64,000 bases of DNA from Gammaproteobacteria bacterium (GTDB lineage: Bacteria; Pseudomonadota; Gammaproteobacteria; Burkholderiales; SG8-39), in the NCBI GenBank assembly GCA_041496705.1, contig JBGQFD010000006.1:244-64243 (forward strand). Reading direction: 5' to 3'. Positions 31,084-41,075 of the stretch are shown piece after piece; the stretch's first letter is position 1; the number at the start of each line of letters is the position of its first letter. The position numbers and the translations under genes were made by a program. Under the pieces are notes generated by a model. The model had not been told where the DNA came from. It saw only the letters and a list, made by a program, of their open reading frames with translations, and ran no database searches.

Positions 31084-33792
31084 TCAGTGCGCTTTTTCCC
31101 AATTCGGCCCAGAACCGATGTCGACGACCAGCGGCACCTTGAGCTGCGCCACTCCGCTCATCAGCTTCGGCAGCTCGGCCTTTACCCGGTCGAGTTCCGC
31201 GGCCGGCGCCTCCACCACCAGTTCGTCGTGCACCTGCATGATGAGCTTTGTGGCGAGCCGCTCGCGGTCGAGCCAGGCCTGCACCGCAATCATGGCGAGC
31301 TTGATCAGGTCGGCGGCGGTGCCCTGCATCGGCGCGTTGATCGCGGCGCGCTCGGCGCCGCCGCGGCGCGCCGGGTTGGAACTGGCGATCTCGGGCAGCC
31401 ACAGGCGCCGGCCGAACACGGTCTCGACGTAGCCCTGCTCTTTCGCAAGCGCGCGCGTTTCCTTCATGTAGCGGTCGACGGCCGGGTAGCGCATGAAGTA
31501 GCTTGCAATGTAGGCCTGCGCAGTGGCGCGCTCGATCCCCAGCTGTTGCGCCAGGCCGAACGCCGACATCCCGTAGATCAGCCCGAAGTTGATGGTCTTG
31601 GCGTAGCGCCGCTCTTCGGCAGTGACATCCTGCAAGGCGCGGCCGAACACCTCGGCAGCAGTGGCGCGGTGTACGTCTTCTCCCGCCGCGAAGGCGCGCA
31701 GCAGGTTTTCGTCCCCGGAGATGTGCGCCATGATGCGCAGCTCCACTTGCGAATAATCGGCGCTAACGATGGCGTGGTCCGCGGGCGCGACGAAGGCTTC
31801 GCGGATGCGCCGGCCTTCGGCGGTGCGCACCGGGATGTTCTGCAGGTTGGGGTCATTCGAGGCGAGCCGCCCGGTGACGGCGGTCGACTGGCCGTAGGTG
31901 GTGTGCACGCGGCCGGTCCGCGGATTCACCATTTTTGGCAGCTTGTCGGTGTAGGTGGACTTGAGCTTGGAGATCTCGCGGTAGTCGAGGAGCATCTTCG
32001 CAAGCGGATGATCGAGTGCCAGCCTGGCGAGAACCTCCTCGTCCGTCGACGGCGCACCCGAGGGCGTCTTCTTCACCACCGGCATGCCCTTTCTCTCGAA
32101 GAAGATCTCGGCGATCTGCTTGGGCGAGCCCAGATTGAAGGGCTGCCCGGCTTCCTGGTGCGCCAGTTTCTCGAGCTTGAGCATCTGCTGGCCAAATTCG
32201 CGGCTCATGCTCTCTAGCTGGCCGGCGTCGATGAGCACGCCTTCGCGCTCCATGCGGAACAGCACTTCGCGCACCGGGATCTCGATTTTGCCGTACACAT
32301 AAGCGAGCTTCGTCTCGGCGCTGATGCGCGGGTACAGCACCTGGTGCAGCCGCAGCGTCACGTCCGCGTCCTCGGCGGCGTACGCCGCGGCACGCGCGAC
32401 CTCCACCTGCCCGAAAGGAATGCGCTGCGCGCCGGTCCCCGTCATTTCGTCGTAGCCGATCGTCTTCAGACCGAGGTGCCGCTCGGCGAGCGAATCCATG
32501 TCGTGGCGCGCATGGCTTTCCAGCACGTACGACTCGAGCAGCGTGTCGTGCGCGACGCCAACGAGGGCAACGCCGTGGTTCGCGAGCACGTGCTGGGCGT
32601 ACTTGACGTTCTGGCCGAGTTTCGCGTGCTGCGCACCTTCCAGCCAGGGCCGCAGGATTGCCAGGGCCGCCTCGACGCCGAGTTGCGCCGGCGCGCCGGC
32701 GTAGTTGTGCGCGAGCGGCAGGTACGCCGCTTGGCCAGCGACCGCCGAGAAGGACACGCCGACCAGGCGCGCCCGCATCGGATCCAGATCCGTCGTTTCC
32801 GTATCGAACGCAACCAGCTCGGCGGCTTGGAGCGTCTTCAGCCATCGGCGCAGCGCGGATTCGTCGGTGAGCGTTTCGTAATGGCGCTCGATGCTCGTCC
32901 CCGGGGCCTGTGCCTTTGGTGAGGGCACGGGAGCCTCGTCGCGCGTACCGCCGGCATCCTTGAGCCAGTTCTTGAACCCGAAGCGCGCGAACAGCTCCGC
33001 AAGCCGCTGCTCGTCGCGCGGAGAGAAACCCAGTTCGTCGAAATCGAAGGGCAAGGGCACGTCGCACTTGACCGTGAGAAGCTCACGCGCCTTCGGCAGC
33101 CAGTCGAGCGCCTTGCGCAGGTTCTCGCCCACGGCACCGCCGACCTCGGAAGCGTGCGCGACAACTTCTGCGAGCGACCCGTACTGCGCGAGCCACTTGG
33201 CCGCCGTCTTCGGCCCGACCTTGTCGACGCCGGGAACGTTATCGACCGCATCGCCAACGAGGGTCAGGTAGTCGAGAATGCGCTCGGGCGGCACGCCGAA
33301 CTTGGCCTGAACGCCCGCAGGATCGAGACGTTCGTTTGACATGGTATTTACTAGCGTCACGCGCGAACTCACGAGCTGCGCCAGGTCTTTGTCGCCAGTC
33401 GAGATCACGCAGTTCAGCCCGCAGTCCTCGGCGTGGCGCGCGAGCGTGCCGATGACATCGTCGGCTTCCACGCCTTCGATCTGCAGCAGCGGCCACCCGA
33501 GCGCCCGGATCGCCTCGAACAGCGGCTCGATTTGCCGGCCGAGATCGTCGGGCATCGGCGGCCGGTTCGCCTTGTACTCGGCATACAAATCGTCGCGGAA
33601 CGTCTTGCCGCGCGCGTCGAACACGCACGCGAGGTACTCGGCCTTGTGGTCGGCGAGGAGCCGTCGTAGCATGTTCAGCACGCCGTAGATCGCGCCGGTC
33701 GGCTCGCCGGCAGCGTTGCGCAGGTCGGGCAGCGCGTGAAACGCGCGATACAGGTACGAAGACCCGTCAACCAGCAGCAGGGTTTTTTCCAA
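31084..33792 (-). CDS. polA: DNA polymerase I
   Basis: 5'-3' nuclease LVDGSS/VEADD, ExoI FDTET, motif A ADYSQVELR, motif B K-x-INFGLIYG, motif C QVHDE; TTG start. Confidence 0.98.
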   Translation of the reverse strand: MEKTLLLVDGSSYLYRAFHALPDLRNAAGEPTGAIYGVLNMLRRLLADHKAEYLACVFDARGKTFRDDLYAEYKANRPPMPDDLGRQIEPLFEAIRALGWPLLQIEGVEADDVIGTLARHAEDCGLNCVISTGDKDLAQLVSSRVTLVNTMSNERLDPAGVQAKFGVPPERILDYLTLVGDAVDNVPGVDKVGPKTAAKWLAQYGSLAEVVAHASEVGGAVGENLRKALDWLPKARELLTVKCDVPLPFDFDELGFSPRDEQRLAELFARFGFKNWLKDAGGTRDEAPVPSPKAQAPGTSIERHYETLTDESALRRWLKTLQAAELVAFDTETTDLDPMRARLVGVSFSAVAGQAAYLPLAHNYAGAPAQLGVEAALAILRPWLEGAQHAKLGQNVKYAQHVLANHGVALVGVAHDTLLESYVLESHARHDMDSLAERHLGLKTIGYDEMTGTGAQRIPFGQVEVARAAAYAAEDADVTLRLHQVLYPRISAETKLAYVYGKIEIPVREVLFRMEREGVLIDAGQLESMSREFGQQMLKLEKLAHQEAGQPFNLGSPKQIAEIFFERKGMPVVKKTPSGAPSTDEEVLARLALDHPLAKMLLDYREISKLKSTYTDKLPKMVNPRTGRVHTTYGQSTAVTGRLASNDPNLQNIPVRTAEGRRIREAFVAPADHAIVSADYSQVELRIMAHISGDENLLRAFAAGEDVHRATAAEVFGRALQDVTAEERRYAKTINFGLIYGMSAFGLAQQLGIERATAQAYIASYFMRYPAVDRYMKETRALAKEQGYVETVFGRRLWLPEIASSNPARRGGAERAAINAPMQGTAADLIKLAMIAVQAWLDRERLATKLIMQVHDELVVEAPAAELDRVKAELPKLMSGVAQLKVPLVVDIGSGPNWEKAH

Positions 33793-33800
33793 GGGAACGT

Positions 33801-34520
33801 ATGACCAGCAAGATTCCGAAGTCCTTCGACACCGCCTCCAGGGACATGAATGCGGCGGCCGAGGCCTGGCGCCTGTTCCGCATTATGTCAGAATTCGTCG
33901 AGGCCACCGAGCGCATAGACGAGATCCGCCCGGCGGTGAGCCTCTTCGGCAGCGCGCGGATTCCGGCCGGACATCCCTATTACGTTCTCGCGGAGAAAAC
34001 ATCGCACCTGCTCTCCGATGCTGGCTTCGCCGTCGTCTCTGGGGGTGGCCCGGGCGTGATGGAGGCGTCCAATCGCGGAGCACATTTCGGGCGCTCGCCT
34101 TCGGTCGGACTCAACATCGAGTTGCCGCGCGAGCAGTTCGGCAATTCCTACCAGGACATTTCGCTGCTCTTCCGCCACTTCTTCGCGCGCAAGGCGATGT
34201 TCGTGCGCTGTGCGAGCGCCTTCGTGTTCCTGCCGGGAGGTTTTGGAACGCTCGACGAGCTCGCCGAGGTACTCGCGCTGATGCAGGCCGGAAAGAGCAC
34301 GCGCGTGCCGTGCATACTGGTGCACGGTCCATTCTGGCGCGGATTGCTCGACTGGCTGCGCGACCGTCTCGCGGGCGAGAACATGATCCAACCCCAGGAC
34401 CTCGAGCTGATGCAGGTGATCGACGAGCCGCAGGGCGTGGTCGACGCGATCTTCAAGCACTACGAGCATCGCAGCTTCCACCCGCGTTCCGCCGAGCGGG
34501 ACGTGCTGCTCAATCTCTAG
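33801..34520 (+). CDS. LOG/TIGR00730-family protein
   Basis: FGSAR, GGGPGVM, RK, PGGFGTLDE. Confidence 0.92.
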   Translation: MTSKIPKSFDTASRDMNAAAEAWRLFRIMSEFVEATERIDEIRPAVSLFGSARIPAGHPYYVLAEKTSHLLSDAGFAVVSGGGPGVMEASNRGAHFGRSPSVGLNIELPREQFGNSYQDISLLFRHFFARKAMFVRCASAFVFLPGGFGTLDELAEVLALMQAGKSTRVPCILVHGPFWRGLLDWLRDRLAGENMIQPQDLELMQVIDEPQGVVDAIFKHYEHRSFHPRSAERDVLLNL

Positions 34521-34710
34521 CAAAGACCGACGCGCTTTGCGCGCGGCTTTGCTTCTGCGCGATCGAGCGGGCGTATTGAGCAGATTCAACTCCTGCCAGC
34601 TCCGGAGACGCCGCTCATCGCGCAGCCTTCCTCGGCTTTTCGCGTGGTCGCCGCATCACGGGGCGTGGCAGTTCTGCTAGACTGCCTGCATAAGAATCGT
34701 TCGGTGTCTC

Positions 34711-35040
34711 ATGCTCCATCGAGCTCTTGCTTCCGCGCTGTTTGTCATTGCCCTACCGCTCGCGGCGCAGCAGCCGCCCAAGCTCGAACCGCTTCCAGAG
34801 CCGCCTCCCCCGCCGCCCGGTGCGTCCGGCGACCCTTGGGGGGAAAGCCCGGTGCAGATCGAGCCTGGCTCGACCGAGCAGATCGAGGAAAGGATCGTAG
34901 ACGGCAAACGCGTGGTGCACGTCACCACGCCCTCGGGTCAGGAGTACTACCTGATCGAGGAGCAGGGCGACGGTTCGGGAATGAGGTCCGAAGGCATCGG
35001 TCGCGTGCGCGTGCCGCTCTGGGTGATCCGCAGGTTCTGA
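34711..35040 (+). CDS. DUF2782-like exported protein
   Basis: Signal peptide, Pro-rich linker, IEERIVDGK..VHVT...YYL...VPLW. Confidence 0.75.
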   Translation: MLHRALASALFVIALPLAAQQPPKLEPLPEPPPPPPGASGDPWGESPVQIEPGSTEQIEERIVDGKRVVHVTTPSGQEYYLIEEQGDGSGMRSEGIGRVRVPLWVIRRF

Positions 35041-35074
35041 CGCGGGCGCGGGCCTCGGCCATCGCAGCGCCGCC

Positions 35075-36013
35075 ATGTCCGTTTTCACGCGCGTCTCCGC
35101 CGAGGAACTGTCCGCGTGGCTCAAGCGCTACGCGATCGGCACGCTCGTCGATCTGCACGGCATCGCCGCCGGAATCGAGAACACCAACTACTTCGTCGAC
35201 ACCTCGCACGGGCGCTTCGTCCTCACGCTTTTCGAGAAGCTTACCGCGGCAGAGCTTCCTTTCTACCTCAACCTCATGGCACACCTGGCGCGCCACGGAA
35301 TTCCCTGCCCCGCGCCAATCGCCGACAGTTCCAACAAATACCTCGGATCGCTCAACGGCAAGCCGGCAACACTGGTCACCTGTCTTGCGGGCGCGCCGGT
35401 GATGGCGCCCGAGGCGCGCCACTGCGAGCGCGTCGGCTCGGTCCTCGCCGACATGCATCTCGCCGGTGGAAGCTACCGTGGCAATCTAGAGAATCCGCGC
35501 GGACCGCACTGGTGGACCGTGGCCGCCAGGGAAGTGGCGCCTTTTCTCGACGAAGCACGGCGCGGACTTCTCGCGACCGAGCTCCAATACCAACTGGAAC
35601 ATCGCGCGCTCAACCTGCCGCGCGGACCGGTTCACGCCGACTTGTTCCGCGACAACGTGCTTTTCGACGGGGAACGCGTCGGCGGGGTGATCGACTTCTA
35701 CTTCGCCGGAATCGACGCGCTGCTATTCGACGTGGCGGTAACGGTAAACGACTGGTGCGTTGACGCCTCGGGCGAAGTCGACACTGCTCGCGCCGCGGCG
35801 CTGCTCGCCGCCTACCGCGCGACGCGCGATCTCACCCGCGACGAGCGGGCGGCCTGGCCGGTGCTGCTGCGGGCGGCGGCATTGCGCTTCTGGCTGTCGC
35901 GGCTCCACGACTTCTATCTGCCTCGCTCCGGGGAACTCACCCACGCCCACGATCCGGAGCATTTCCGCCGCGTTCTCGAGGCGCGCCGCGCGCGGCCGCT
36001 CCCGCTCGACTGA
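35075..36013 (+). CDS. thrB: Homoserine kinase (type II, APH-like)
   Basis: MSVFT, GIENTN, LTLFE, HADLFRDN, IDFYFA, LRFWLSRL. Confidence 0.94.
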   Translation: MSVFTRVSAEELSAWLKRYAIGTLVDLHGIAAGIENTNYFVDTSHGRFVLTLFEKLTAAELPFYLNLMAHLARHGIPCPAPIADSSNKYLGSLNGKPATLVTCLAGAPVMAPEARHCERVGSVLADMHLAGGSYRGNLENPRGPHWWTVAAREVAPFLDEARRGLLATELQYQLEHRALNLPRGPVHADLFRDNVLFDGERVGGVIDFYFAGIDALLFDVAVTVNDWCVDASGEVDTARAAALLAAYRATRDLTRDERAAWPVLLRAAALRFWLSRLHDFYLPRSGELTHAHDPEHFRRVLEARRARPLPLD

Positions 36014-36017
36014 CCCG

Positions 36018-36797
36018 ATGCGGATTGTCCCGGCGCGAAACGGATGGATGTGGCTGGTGCAGGGCTTTGCGCTGTTCCGCCGAAGCCCTGCGACGTGGCT
36101 GCTGCTGGTGTTCGCCTACTGGATCGCGATGGCTCTCCTCGGACAGATTCGCTACCTGGGTCTGGCCGTGTCCACGGTGCTGTTGCCGGCGTTCTCGGTG
36201 AGCTTCATGAACATCTGTGCGGCGCTCGACCGCGGCGAGGCATCGCGCCCGGCGCTGCTCGCCTCAGGATTCCGCAAGCGCCTGGCGACGCTGCTTGCGC
36301 TGGGAGCGCTGTACCTAGCATCGATCGTCGCAACGCTGGTCGTCGCGTCGCTCGCCGACGCCGGCGCACTGCTGCAATGGGTACTACTCTCCCGCGAGCC
36401 GTCGCTGGAGGCGTTCCGCGAAGGCAGCGTGTCACGCGCGCTGATGCTCGCGGCGGCGGCAGGCACGCCGGTCCTGGCGGCGTTCTGGTTCGCCCCGGTG
36501 CTGGCGGCCTGGGACCGGATGGGTGCGACCCAGTCTCTGTTCTACAGTTTCTTTTCCGTGCTGCGCAACTGGCGGGCGTTCCTCGTGTACGGCGGCGCCT
36601 TCGTGCTCCTCGGCTCGGGCTTCATGCTGCTCGCGCTGGCCGTGCTGGTCCTGAGCGGCGGGCAGGTACAGGCGATGCGCGCCCTCGGCCTGACCTGCAC
36701 CCTGCTGACGCTGCCCACGGTATTCGCCAGCTTCTACGCAGGTTATCGGGACGTCTTCCCCGGGGGCGCGGTTCCGCCTGCGCCTGACTCGCCCTGA
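36018..36797 (+). CDS. BPSS1780-family membrane protein
   Basis: GWMWLVQGF, WFAP, NWRAFLVYG; follows thrB. Confidence 0.75.
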   Translation: MRIVPARNGWMWLVQGFALFRRSPATWLLLVFAYWIAMALLGQIRYLGLAVSTVLLPAFSVSFMNICAALDRGEASRPALLASGFRKRLATLLALGALYLASIVATLVVASLADAGALLQWVLLSREPSLEAFREGSVSRALMLAAAAGTPVLAAFWFAPVLAAWDRMGATQSLFYSFFSVLRNWRAFLVYGGAFVLLGSGFMLLALAVLVLSGGQVQAMRALGLTCTLLTLPTVFASFYAGYRDVFPGGAVPPAPDSP

Positions 36798-36877
36798 GCC
36801 TGGACGCGGCGCGGGGTTCTGCTATGCTGTGCCCCGATGCATCCCCGCCCGCGTCACGATCGCGGTTCTTCGGCCGA

Positions 36878-37297
36878 ATGCAGGACGTGACCCCCTGCGA
36901 GCTCTGCGATTGCGCCGGGGGAGATCTGCTCTGGAGGGATGAATTCTGCCGAATCGTCCTGGCCGACCAGCCCGACTATCCCGGTTTCTGCCGCGTGATC
37001 CTCGATCGGCACGTCGCGGAAATGACCGACCTCGCGCCGAATGAGCGCACGCGCTTGATGGACGCCGTGTTCGCCACCGAGACCGCGCTGCGCGAACTGA
37101 TGCATCCGCACAAGCTCAATCTTGCGAGCCTGGGCAATGCCACGCCGCACCTGCACTGGCACGTGATCCCTCGCTTTCGCGACGACTGTCACTTCCCCCG
37201 GCCGATATGGGCCGAGCCGGCGAGGGCCGACGCCCCGCGCGTGCCCGGACCCGATCGGGATCTGCTGGTGGCGGCGCTCGCGCGCAGCCTGGGGTGA
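36878..37297 (+). CDS. HIT family protein
   Basis: CxxC, HVAEMTDL, NLASLGN, HLHWH triad. Confidence 0.92.
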   Translation: MQDVTPCELCDCAGGDLLWRDEFCRIVLADQPDYPGFCRVILDRHVAEMTDLAPNERTRLMDAVFATETALRELMHPHKLNLASLGNATPHLHWHVIPRFRDDCHFPRPIWAEPARADAPRVPGPDRDLLVAALARSLG

Positions 37298-37302
37298 GCG
37301 CG

Positions 37303-38907
37303 ATGCCCGACTTCGATCCACCGAACCTCGCTCCCGATGCGGCGCCGGATTTTACCGACGCCTCCGCCTGCACCAAGTGGCTGCGCGAGCTGCCGCTCGT
37401 CAACGTGCCTGCCGCGCACGCCGCCCTTCTGGAAGAACTCGAGGAGCTCAACCGCTGCAGCATCGCCCCGACCGAGCGACTGAAAATCATGGAACTCCTT
37501 CGCGAACCTGTGACTTTCGTGCAGAAGGAGTACGCGAAGAAGATCGCCAGTCGTCCCGCGCCCCTCGCCTATCCGGAGCGCCGCATATTCGCCGACGTGA
37601 GCGCGCTGTGGAGCGCTCTTTCCGGTGGCTACCGGCACTGCCTGCAGGCCGCCGCGGACGGCTCGCCCGGCGCCGGGATCGCGCTCATGTGCCAGAGGGT
37701 GCTGTGGTGCGCGGGAGAGAAGATGGTGGCGTGCTATGAAACCTACTACGACGTTCCGGAGCGCGACTGGCACGCACTGCACCGTGCCTTTGCGTTTTCC
37801 GAGGAGCGGCAGGTCGCCGCGGAGGAAGTCGCGCACCCTCTCCGCAAGAACAAGCTCACGAGCTGCACCGAGACCTACGCGCAGGTTCTCCTGCTCGATC
37901 TCGCGAGTCCCTCGAAGCTCACGCCGCGCCAGATCGAACTGATCTCGCCGTGGCTCGAGCACTGGGCGGTGAAGGTCTCGGTCGTGCCCACGCCGCAATC
38001 CGGTGGCGCCGACATGGCGCCCCTTTGCGTCGACCTGGAAGGCAGCGCGGGCGCCTCGCGACGGGTCGCGCAAGGCGAGGCCTTGCGCTTCCTCGATCTG
38101 GAAGACCTGCGCAAGAGCACGCGCAGGCGCGTGGGCCTGTTGCGCAAGGGCGAGTCGCCCGCATCGCTGGGTCTGGGCGACGACGTCACCGCACCTCTCG
38201 CCGAGAGCCTGCTGATGATGCTGTACCGGCAGTGGTTCGAAGACAAGCACTCGCGCGCCCTGCCGCGCCATGGCGCCAGCGGGACCGCTCAGATCTGCTC
38301 GGGCATGGCCGCGATCCACTACTTCGTCACCGGGCAAACATTCCGGCCACGCGGAGGCCGGCGCGAACTGTCCAAGGCGCAGCACGACGAGATCGCGACA
38401 TTCGGGCGGGTCGCGTCGCGGCACGAGGAGGCTTCCGGACTCTCAGGCGATTTTGCGTCGGAAACCTGGCAGATCAAGGACGAAAGCGCATCGGGACTGC
38501 GCCTGGAACGCATCGACCAGGCTGCGACCGCGCGCCTAGTGATCGGCCAGTTGTTGGGCATACGCCCGGCCGATGCCAAGGGCTTTCTGCTGTGCACGGT
38601 GCGCTGGCTTTCGGTCTCCGCGGCCTTCGATCTGCGCATCGGGGTGCAAATCCTCCCCGGCGTGCCGCTGGGAATCGCGATCCGCCCGGCGAGTCCCACG
38701 ACGGGCGACTACACGCAGGCCTTCATGCTTCTGGCGGTCGCCGCGCTGCGCAGCCCCGACACGCTGGTCGTGCCTTCCGGGTGGTTCAAACCGCAGCGCG
38801 CCATCGAGGTCCTGACCGAAGGCAGCCACACGCTGCAACTTTCGGCGATCGTCGATCGCGGCTCGGATTTCGAACGCGTCACCGTCGGGGCGGTCCCCGG
38901 AGGCTAA
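37303..38907 (+). CDS. FimW-like putative c-di-GMP receptor (helical N-terminus + PilZ-like C-terminus), copy 1
   Basis: WLRELPLVN N-terminus, LLLDLASP, RALPR (RxxxR), DESASG (DxSxxG). Confidence 0.6.
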   Translation: MPDFDPPNLAPDAAPDFTDASACTKWLRELPLVNVPAAHAALLEELEELNRCSIAPTERLKIMELLREPVTFVQKEYAKKIASRPAPLAYPERRIFADVSALWSALSGGYRHCLQAAADGSPGAGIALMCQRVLWCAGEKMVACYETYYDVPERDWHALHRAFAFSEERQVAAEEVAHPLRKNKLTSCTETYAQVLLLDLASPSKLTPRQIELISPWLEHWAVKVSVVPTPQSGGADMAPLCVDLEGSAGASRRVAQGEALRFLDLEDLRKSTRRRVGLLRKGESPASLGLGDDVTAPLAESLLMMLYRQWFEDKHSRALPRHGASGTAQICSGMAAIHYFVTGQTFRPRGGRRELSKAQHDEIATFGRVASRHEEASGLSGDFASETWQIKDESASGLRLERIDQAATARLVIGQLLGIRPADAKGFLLCTVRWLSVSAAFDLRIGVQILPGVPLGIAIRPASPTTGDYTQAFMLLAVAALRSPDTLVVPSGWFKPQRAIEVLTEGSHTLQLSAIVDRGSDFERVTVGAVPGG

Positions 38908-39036
38908 AGGCGCGCGCAGGGTTCTGCGTGCGTGCGGCCCCTGCCAAGTTTGTCACATCCCCGTCCGGGCGATGCTGACGGCATACCTCCGTCATAGTAC
39001 ATTGTCATGCCCTGGGCAACGCCTCCAGGGATCCTC

Positions 39037-40581
39037 ATGACCAGCCAGACGCTTTCAGCCGCCTTCCCGCGGCTCGACCTGAAGAGCGGCGAGAATCCGG
39101 CCGCGAACGCCGATGCGCTGCCCGCGGACCGCTCGCTGCTCAAGCTGCTGCAGGAAATCGAGGACGCACCGCCGCGCCCGGCGGCCTACCTGCATACGCT
39201 GGAGCGTCTTCGCAAGCCGATCCTGCTCGCCCTGGAAGATCTCGCCGACGGATATGCAGGCAAGCCCGTACCGCTTGACCAGACCGCGAACGCCGCCTTA
39301 GCGAGGGCGAGCGAGTTGTGGGCCGCCGCGCTGCGCGGTTACCGGCGGCTGCTCGCCGCGGCGCTGGGGGGAAATCATCCCGAGCTAGAAACGTCGCTTG
39401 CGCTCATCTGTCAGCGCGCGCTCGCCGGTGCCGGGGAATTGTTCATCACGCGGTTTCTTGCGAGGCGCGAAATCGAAGACACCTTGTGGCACTTTGTGCA
39501 CGAGACCTATTTGGTCGCCGAATCGCGCGGCCTCACCTCCGCGGCGGCGGAGCCGCATGCGGAGACACCGCTAGTAGCGTACGCGGAAACCCTGCTGCTG
39601 CAGCTCGCCAACCCCTACGCCCTGTCGCCGCGCGAGTTCGGCTGGGTACGGCGCTGGATCGGTCGCTGGTCGGCCAAAGCTCAACTCGTTCGCCGCGCGC
39701 CGCGTCAGGGCGGCTACGCGATCGACCTCGCCGGCCACGCCGGACCAGTCTGGATGAAGTCAGGCGCCAACGGCGAATCGCTGAGGTATCTCGATCTCGC
39801 CGACGTGGGCAGCTCGATCAAGAAACGCCTGCGCCGCCTCGAAGACGGCGTCGAGCCCGCTGCCCTTGGCTTGGGAGAGGACTGCACACCGCGCGCGGCG
39901 GCGGAAATCCTCAGGACCTTGGGGCGCGCCTGGCTCGAGTCGCCGGCAGCGCGGGACTTTACGCGCGTCGGCGGGACTTTGCCGACATTGCTGGCAAGCG
40001 GATTTTCTGCCGTCCACAGAGCGCTCGGGGAGAATTCCCGCCCGACACCGGCGAACCGCCCGGGGTATTCATACGGAGAGGCCGACAGGGTGCACACGCT
40101 GCAGCGCGCTTTCGACGCGGGCGCGAACTGGGAGAGCCACCTGCCGGGCCTGGAAAACTGGGAGCGTTTCGAGGAATCGGCCTCAGGCTTCCGCCTGCGC
40201 CGCAAGGATCTCGGTGTACGCCTCGCGTTTCGCCAATTGCTGGCACTTCGGCCCCGCGGGGCAAGGCAGTTCGTGCTCTGCGAGGTCCGTTCGCTCGCCG
40301 AAGGTGCCGATCGCAGCCTCAGCATCTGCGCGCGGCCGCTACCCGGTTTTGCGCGGACCTGCACGGTCCAGGCGGTCGACGGGAAGACGCAGTCCCCGAC
40401 CGAAGCCCTGCTGCTCCCGCCGGGCCAGGGTCTGCCCTCGGTGCTGCTCTTGCCCGCGGGCTGGTACCAGAACGGGCGCGAGATCGAAATCCGCGAAGCC
40501 GGCCGCGTCACCCGCGTCAGGCTGACGGCGCTGCTGGAGCGCGGCTTCGACTACGAGCGCGTGCAGACGAGCAGCGCCTGA
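39037..40581 (+). CDS. FimW-like putative c-di-GMP receptor, copy 2 (diverged paralog)
   Basis: LLLQLANPYAL, RDFTR, EESASG; shares ALICQRAL, LRYLDL, LGLGED, PAGW, ERGFDYERV with copy 1. Confidence 0.55.
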   Translation: MTSQTLSAAFPRLDLKSGENPAANADALPADRSLLKLLQEIEDAPPRPAAYLHTLERLRKPILLALEDLADGYAGKPVPLDQTANAALARASELWAAALRGYRRLLAAALGGNHPELETSLALICQRALAGAGELFITRFLARREIEDTLWHFVHETYLVAESRGLTSAAAEPHAETPLVAYAETLLLQLANPYALSPREFGWVRRWIGRWSAKAQLVRRAPRQGGYAIDLAGHAGPVWMKSGANGESLRYLDLADVGSSIKKRLRRLEDGVEPAALGLGEDCTPRAAAEILRTLGRAWLESPAARDFTRVGGTLPTLLASGFSAVHRALGENSRPTPANRPGYSYGEADRVHTLQRAFDAGANWESHLPGLENWERFEESASGFRLRRKDLGVRLAFRQLLALRPRGARQFVLCEVRSLAEGADRSLSICARPLPGFARTCTVQAVDGKTQSPTEALLLPPGQGLPSVLLLPAGWYQNGREIEIREAGRVTRVRLTALLERGFDYERVQTSSA

Positions 40582-40665
40582 TCGCGGCCGAAGGCCGCAG
40601 CGCCGCCGCCGCGAGGGCGCCGGGCAGAACGAGTATGATTCGCTGTCTTGCCATCGCGGCGCGTC

Positions 40666-41034
40666 ATGGCAGCAGCCGACCGACCCACCCCCACCGAGAT
40701 CACCTTGCACCAGAAGTCGCGGGTGCTCGAGATCGCGTTCTCCGACGGGAGCCGCTTCGAGCTTCCCTTCGAGCTGCTGCGTGTGTACTCGCCTTCGGCC
40801 GAGGTGCGCGGCCACGGTCCGGGGCAGGAGGTGCTGCAGACCGGAAAGAAGGACATCGACATCCTCGCTCTCGAGCCGGTGGGCAGCTACGCGGTGCAAC
40901 CGAAATTCTCGGACGGACACGCCACTGGCATCTTCTCCTGGGAATATCTCCACGAACTCGGCAGCAACCGCGCCGAGCTGTGGCAGACCTATCTCGAGCG
41001 CCTCAAGGCCGCCGGGGGGCGCCGCGAGCCCTAG
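40666..41034 (+). CDS. DUF971 (GBBH-like N-terminal domain) protein
   Basis: LRVYSPSAEVRGHG, VGSYAV, FSDGHATGIFSW. Confidence 0.9.
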   Translation: MAAADRPTPTEITLHQKSRVLEIAFSDGSRFELPFELLRVYSPSAEVRGHGPGQEVLQTGKKDIDILALEPVGSYAVQPKFSDGHATGIFSWEYLHELGSNRAELWQTYLERLKAAGGRREP

Positions 41035-41075
41035 GCGCGCCAATGAAACGCCGCGGGGCGTGCTAGCATGCCCGC

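Noticed and set aside
31560-31770. Further mutator changes in PolI motifs A and B (YSQV, KTINF)
   Set aside because: Conservative variants; Thr in motif B also occurs in Taq polymerase, so not evidence of low fidelity
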